The notes under the pieces: model-generated
Told to the model about the DNA's origin: nothing
Seen by the model: the letters and a program-made list of their open reading frames with translations, nothing else
Database searches by the model: none
Position numbers and translations under genes: made by a program
Part shown: in pieces, positions 58,943 through 64,000 of the stretch
Layout: each line of letters starts with the position of its first letter
How positions within the stretch are numbered: position 1 is the stretch's first letter
Assembly: GCA_963736855.1 (NCBI GenBank)
Contig: CAVTQK010000023.1
Span: 92,195-156,194, forward strand
DNA from: an uncultured delta proteobacterium
GTDB taxonomy: Bacteria > Desulfobacterota > Desulfobacteria > Desulfobacterales > UBA2156
Reading direction: 5' to 3'
Length of the DNA: 64,000 bases

Positions 58943-59045
58943 CCATTGGCAACGAGGGTAAATTTTCGCTTGATATTTGCCTTTAACTTTGAGAAATAAT
59001 ACATAATTTGATATCATCTGATCGACCAATTTTTAGAGGCAGTAG

Positions 59046-59285
59046 ATGAAATATTCCGAATACATCACCATAGATCCGGGGCTTTGTGGAGGGCAACCGA
59101 TAATCAAGGGTACGCGCGTAACCCTCAAGACGCTCCTTGCCTGTCTTGCCGAAGGAGCAACCGTGGATGAAATTTTGACAGATTTCCCGTCACTCAATAA
59201 ATCCCAGGTTCAAGCCGTCATAGCATTTGCCGCGGCTTCGGCTCAAGAGGATCTGCCCATACCTGAAACCCCTGAAGTTGTATGA
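59046..59285 (+). CDS. DUF433 antitoxin
   Basis: I..DP..C.GQP.IKGTRV, IL.DFP.L. Confidence 0.9.
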   Translation: MKYSEYITIDPGLCGGQPIIKGTRVTLKTLLACLAEGATVDEILTDFPSLNKSQVQAVIAFAAASAQEDLPIPETPEVV

Positions 59286-59638
59286 AAATCAAGATTGATG
59301 AAAATTTACCGGCAAGCCTTGCCCTTTATTTTAATAATTGTGGTCATGACGCCGATACGGTCTATTCTGAGGGGCTCATAGGATGCAAAGACACTGTTTT
59401 ATGGGAAAATTGCAAAAAAAATCGGCAGTTTTTGATAACCCAAGATTTGGATTTTTCGGATCGGCGCAAATTTTTACCAGGAACCCATGAAGGTATATTG
59501 ATTGTGAGATTCAAGGATCCGGGGCGGATCGCAGTCAAAAGAAAGCTCTTAGCAATTTTTGAAAGTCAAAATATTTCCGAATGGGAATCATGTTTCGTGG
59601 TTATCACTGAAACGAAGATAAGAATAACCCGGCCATAA
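59282..59638 (+). CDS. DUF5615 PIN-like toxin
   Basis: IDENLP, GHDA.TV, D..L, LITQDLDF, H.GI. Confidence 0.9.
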   Translation: MKIKIDENLPASLALYFNNCGHDADTVYSEGLIGCKDTVLWENCKKNRQFLITQDLDFSDRRKFLPGTHEGILIVRFKDPGRIAVKRKLLAIFESQNISEWESCFVVITETKIRITRP

Positions 59639-59649
59639 TATTGCTGTTT

Positions 59650-59720
59650 TAACTTCGAACTTCGAACTTATCACTTCGAACTTCTTTTGCCCTCTGACCT
59701 CTGACCTCTGACCTCTGCTC
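59650..59720 (+). repeat. Heptamer repeat block closing the TA array
   Basis: TTCGAAC and TCTGACC arrays ending just before the epimerase ATG. Confidence 0.9.
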
Positions 59721-59722
59721 TT

Positions 59723-60384
59723 ATGAAACTCTTACTCCCCGGCGGTAGTGGCTTCATCGGCACTTACCTCGCCTCCGACCTCCTCGAAGCCGGCCACCAC
59801 GTCACCATTTTCGACCGGCAACCCTCGGCTGCCCATCCGGACCGCTGCGTCCTAGGCGACATCCGCGACCTCCGGCCCTCACCCTTGCCTGCCGCGGCAT
59901 GGACGCCGTCATCCACCTTGCCGCCGCACACCGGGACGACGTCCGCCCCCCTTCCCTCTACTACGACGTCAACGTCACCGGCACCCAAAACATCGATCCA
60001 GGCCTGCATCCAAAACCGCATCCGACGCATCCTTTTCACCAGCACGGTTACCGTCTACGGTCTCGACGCCCGCCTTCCCGACGAAACCACCCCCCCAAAC
60101 CCCTTCAACGACTACGGCCGCAGCAAACTCCAGGCCGAAGCCCGTGCTCCGGCAATGGGCCTCCGCCGCCCCGGACCGCACCCTGGTCCTCATCCGCCCC
60201 ACCGTCATCTTCGGCGAAGGAAACCGCGGCAATGTCTACAACCTTCTCCGCCAGATCGTCTCCGGCCGCTTCGTCATGGTCGGCGACGGATCCAACCGAA
60301 AATCCATGGCCTATGTCCGCAACTTGACCCGATTCCTGACCCAAATGCTCGAAACACCCCCCGGCATCCACGTTTTCAACTACC
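59723..60384 (+). CDS. NAD-dependent epimerase/dehydratase, frameshifted and 3'-truncated
   Basis: GGSGFIG, VIHLAA.HRDD, YGRSK, IRPTVIFGEGNRGN. Confidence 0.88.
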
Positions 60385-60712
60385 CACAGCGGTGTGAACG
60401 TCAATAAGGTTAAGGCCGTCACCTTTGCGGTCAGTGCCTTTTTCATGGGCCTCGCCGGCGCGACCATGAGCATGCGGTGGAGCTACATCGATGCAACATC
60501 AGCCTTCAATATCCAGTTCTCTTTCATGCCTGTTCTGATGGCGATATTCGGCGGCATGGGACACCTCTATGCGCCTATCATGGGGGCGACCATTTTCTCT
60601 CTTCTCGAAGAAATACTCACAACCAGGTTTCCCTATTACTACATGCTCCTTTTCGGCTCCACCATGCTGGCGGTCATCCGGTTTATGCCGCACGGCCTGG
60701 AAGGGGGCATTC
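60385..60712 (+). other. C-terminal fragment of a LivM-type branched-chain amino acid ABC permease
   Basis: GVN..K...FA.SA...GLAG, .FGG.G....P..GA, P.GL.G. Confidence 0.75.
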
Positions 60713-60889
60713 GAGAATTCGTCTTCCTCAGCCACGAGAGCATGATACTCTTCACCGGAAGGGTCATAGAGATAGGCGTCAATGACTTCTTCAGCCACCA
60801 GACGATCGAGGTCGTTAAACTCCGGCGTATTTTGCAGAATCTTGCAGGACCGGGGGTTTATCTCCGGGAGTCATCGGTCGAATTTTCAT
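60713..60889 (-). other. N-terminal fragment of a GNAT acetyltransferase
   Basis: MKIRPMTPGDK..LQNTPEF....VAEEVID.YL..Y.ALVAE, immediately downstream of the ATP-grasp gene. Confidence 0.65.
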
Positions 60890-60894
60890 ATCAT

Positions 60895-61891
60895 TTATTG
60901 TAGAGCCAGACGCAGGATTTTGTCTATAAATTGGCTGTAGGTCAGACCGGCGGCAGTCAGCTTGCCGGGCGGCGCCGCTGCCGGGGGTAATATCCGGGTT
61001 AGGGTTGACTTCCAGCACGTAGAATTCACCCGGCTGGCCTTCTCGGAAGTCCACCCTGGCATAACCCCGGCAGCCGGTGATCCGGAAGGCGGCCTTGGCC
61101 AGTTTGGCGATATGGGCTTTCTCTCTGGCGGTGATTTGCGCCGGACATGGACTCTGGTGTTGATGTAATAGAGGCTGTCTTCATCCCATTTGGAAGCGAA
61201 AGTCAGAATACGCGGTTTGTCCGGCGGCAGGGTGTAAACAATCTCCGAGACAGCCGGAATAGTTAAACGCTTATTGCCCATCACCACGGTGTTAAATTCA
61301 CGGCCGTTCAGGAATTCTTCTACCAGAGCTCTGTCCGCCGAAGCCAGACGCAAATTTTTTCCACCTGTTTGTTCAAGTCACTCAAATTATACACGACGCT
61401 GTCTTCGGAAAGACCGTGGCTGGCGTCTTCAGTGACCGGTTTAACTAAACAGGGAAAAGTAAGGTTGAAAGTATTCAAGTTGGAAGGGTGTCAGAATCTG
61501 GATATCGGGGAGTTTTATGCCGGCCTCCGATAGCAGTTTTTTGGTCCGGGCTTTATCCAGGGCCAGATCCAGAGCGGACGCCGGACAGCCGGTAAAAGGC
61601 AATTTTAATTCCGCCAGCATCTCAGCGACACGGCCCTTCGGTCTCAGGGCTGCCGTCAAAGCCTTCAAAAAGATTAAAAACTACATCGGCCTTAATCAGC
61701 TGTAAGGCGCGTTTGACTTTGGTGAGAGGGGGCCGGAGGGGCATTAGAGACATAGTCATAATTCAGCTCTTCCAGAGCTCTGCTGACGGCCTTGACTTCA
61801 TCCATGACCCCCAGTTCGGCTTTAGACTCGCCCATCGCTGATAGCGGTCCGGCTGGGGATCATTATAGATAAGAGCTACTTTTAGCGGCAC
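60895..61891 (-). CDS. D-Ala-D-Ala ligase-like ATP-grasp protein 2 (multiple frameshifts)
   Basis: PFTG...L...LDK..TK, EDASHGL, LVEEFL.GREF, YARVDF, LEVNPNPD. Confidence 0.82.
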
Positions 61892-62885
61892 TGCGAGGTA
61901 TCTCTTCAAAGCAGCATCCAGAATCGAACCGATCAAATCATTATAAGTCCAGCCCGACCAACTTTGCCATAATAATCAGGTCACTGCTGCGGGGATTCAA
62001 ACCGGCCAGGGGATTGATCTCCAGGAAATAGGGCGTACCATCCGGGCTGATCCTGAAGTCCACCCGGGCAAAATCCCGGCATTCCAGGACCTGAAAGGCT
62101 TTCAGAGCGTATTCTTCAATATGCTTTAAGATAGTCTTATCCAGTTTGGCCGGGCATTCGTAGTCCACCAGTTTCTCATAGTCCCGCTTTACTTCCAGCG
62201 AATAAACGAAATCGGCATCTTTTTTGCGCGGCACCACCCGCATGATGCCCACCACTTTGGGCGGGTTGTTGCCCACCATACCCACGGTGACCTCTTCACC
62301 GGAGATGAACTCTTCCACCAGCACCGGCTGGCGGTACTGTCTTCAGAAGTCGGGTGACAGTGGTCTGCATCTGTCTGCGGATCACGGACCAGAGAATTAA
62401 GGCGGATACCTTTGCTGGAACCTTCCCAGACCGGTTTAACAAAAGCCGGATAGGGCAAGGCTGCCCAGTCGATGGACTTGACAGTTATCGCGGTCGATGA
62501 CGCTCCATTTGGGGGTAGGGACACCTTCCCAGGAAACCATTTTCTTGGTGAGATGTTTATCCAGACAGACCGCCAGACACTGGGGGTCAGCGCCGGAATA
62601 GGGGATATCCAGCATCTCCAGGACTGAGGGGACCTGCGCCTCGCGGCTGCGGTAGCTCCCCAGTCCTTCGGAGATGTTGAATACAAAGTCTACTTTTTCA
62701 GAGAGGATGTGTCTTCAGAAACTCGCGGCCGCCCCCCAGCTTCACCACCGAATGCCCTTTGGCTTCGATGGCTGCCTTGAGGGCGTCCACTGTTTCTAAA
62801 GAATCATATTCTTCAAACGCGTCTTCCGGTTGTTCCTGACCGGGAGATACGGCTCTTTAAGATCGTACGAGAGCCCTATCTTCAT
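61882..62885 (-). CDS. D-Ala-D-Ala ligase-like ATP-grasp protein 1 (multiple frameshifts)
   Basis: EEYDS, FVKP..EGSSKGI, LVEEFISGEEVTVG, RVDFR, LEINPLAGL. Confidence 0.85.
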
Positions 62886-64000
62886 TTACAACCGCTTCTT
62901 CCATCTGAGGCTACCATTTCCAGCTTGTTACCGGAATCGGCTCCCGGGTTCCGGAAGGTAATGATACGACCCTGATAGTTCCTCAGTATCAAACGTTCCC
63001 TGGTGTGTGACAGCACGTAGTCCGGCTGCAGCGGGACTTTACCGCCGCCTGAAGGCAGGTCGATGACAAAGGTCGGTACCGCCAGACCGGAGGTATGACC
63101 GCGCATACCTTCGATAATCTTGATACCTGTCTCAACCGGTGTGCGCAGGTGTTCCGTACCCTGTACCTCATCACACTGGAACAGGTAGTAAGGACGCACC
63201 TTGGCTTTCAGAAAGCATGAGAAAGCTTTAAGCTGAGTCTCCACACTATCGTTAATGCCGCGCAGCAAGACCGTCTGGTTGTTGACCGGCACACCGGCCC
63301 GCAACAGCTTATCGCAGGCCTTGGCAGCTTCCGGAGTGACCTCGTTCGGATGGTTGAAATGGGTATTGAACCAGATCGGTCCGTACTTGGACAGCATATC
63401 GCACAGCTCATCATCGATACGCTGCGGCAGTACCACCGGGTACCGTGAACCGATACGGATCATTTCCACATGTTCTATCTTGCGCAGCTTGTACAAGACG
63501 CTCTCCAGCCGCTCGGTGGAGAGGGTCAGAACATCACCACCGGAGATAATGACATCTCTCACCTTGGGGTTATTGCGGATATAGTCCAGCATGGGCTCGA
63601 TTTCTTCTTCTTTACGCACCCATCCGCCGTGCTGCCATTCTCTCTTACGCGTACAATGACGGCAGAACATGGGACAGATATCGGTAAGCACCATGAGTAC
63701 TCTATCCGGGTAACGGTGGACCAGTCCGGGGACTACGGAGTCTCTTTTCTCTTCCAGAGGGTCTTCTTCACCCATATCAGCCATGGTTATTTCTTCAAAA
63801 CAAGGTATAGCCTGCTTTCTGATGGGGTCATTGCGATCTTCCGGATGGATCAAAGAAAGATAGTAAGGGGTAACAGAAAAGGGGTATCTGTTGATGACCA
63901 GTTTCAGTTCCGCTTGTTCTTTGGATGAAAGGGGAATGTACTTGGCTAATTCCTCTACCGTGGTGATACGATGACGGAATTGCCATTTCCAGTCGTTCCA
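62882..64000 (-). CDS. kamA: KamA-family radical SAM aminomutase (lysine 2,3-aminomutase-like), 5' end beyond window
   Basis: W.DW.WQ, HRYPDR, CPMFCRHCTR, SGGD, GGGK PLP lysine; open frame to 64000. Confidence 0.93.
   Translation of the reverse strand, partial: WNDWKWQFRHRITTVEELAKYIPLSSKEQAELKLVINRYPFSVTPYYLSLIHPEDRNDPIRKQAIPCFEEITMADMGEEDPLEEKRDSVVPGLVHRYPDRVLMVLTDICPMFCRHCTRKREWQHGGWVRKEEEIEPMLDYIRNNPKVRDVIISGGDVLTLSTERLESVLYKLRKIEHVEMIRIGSRYPVVLPQRIDDELCDMLSKYGPIWFNTHFNHPNEVTPEAAKACDKLLRAGVPVNNQTVLLRGINDSVETQLKAFSCFLKAKVRPYYLFQCDEVQGTEHLRTPVETGIKIIEGMRGHTSGLAVPTFVIDLPSGGGKVPLQPDYVLSHTRERLILRNYQGRIITFRNPGADSGNKLEMVASDGRSGCK

Noticed and set aside
50346..59720. Repeat blocks as a CRISPR array
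   Set aside because: Repeats are variable-length heptamer runs, the intervening sequences are whole genes, and no cas genes are present.
50346..59720. Classical integron cassette array
   Set aside because: No RYYYAAC...GTTRRRY attC hairpins or intI recognised; blocks are direct repeats. IntegronFinder would be needed to exclude this fully.
59741..59748. GGCGGTAG as an ops/JUMPstart element
   Set aside because: It encodes the GGS of the epimerase NAD-binding motif.
60394..60903. 169-aa ORF as a complete permease
   Set aside because: Only a LivM tail reading through a junction into antisense GNAT sequence.

Overview
Bacterial DNA, most likely Desulfobacterota (inferred from gene content). 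Many single-base frameshifts in otherwise intact genes suggest unpolished long-read sequence. Five blocks: (1) 1-10.1 kb, end of a type VI secretion (T6SS) cluster: tssG, clpV/tssH, vgrG, PAAR, two LysM/peptidoglycan-binding paralogs and two candidate effectors. (2) 10.5-23.4 kb, T6SS-adjacent accessory module: FHA-lytic transglycosylase, fused TssB-TssC-like protein, double-FHA protein, trypsin-like protease, Ser/Thr kinase and three CsgG-fold proteins. (3) 23.7-38.2 kb, arsenic/metal/thiol-redox island (tpx, two ArsR, ABC pair, Acr3, CDF-DoxX, rhodanese, CcdA, thioredoxins, ArsP, a probable selenoprotein) plus dinB. (4) 39.6-60.4 kb, sigma54-controlled exopolysaccharide operon interrupted by a ~9.3 kb array of about 13 co-oriented intact or decayed toxin-antitoxin modules, most with their own sigma70 promoter and separated by blocks of heptamer repeats (TTCGAAC, TCTGACC); this is the most striking structure. 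(5) After two abrupt junctions at ~60385 and ~60715 (possibly chimeric), a kamA / two ATP-grasp ligase / GNAT cluster. Several MITE- and REP-like elements are present; no rRNA, tRNA or CRISPR array was recognised. All family assignments are by eye from motifs; no searches were run.
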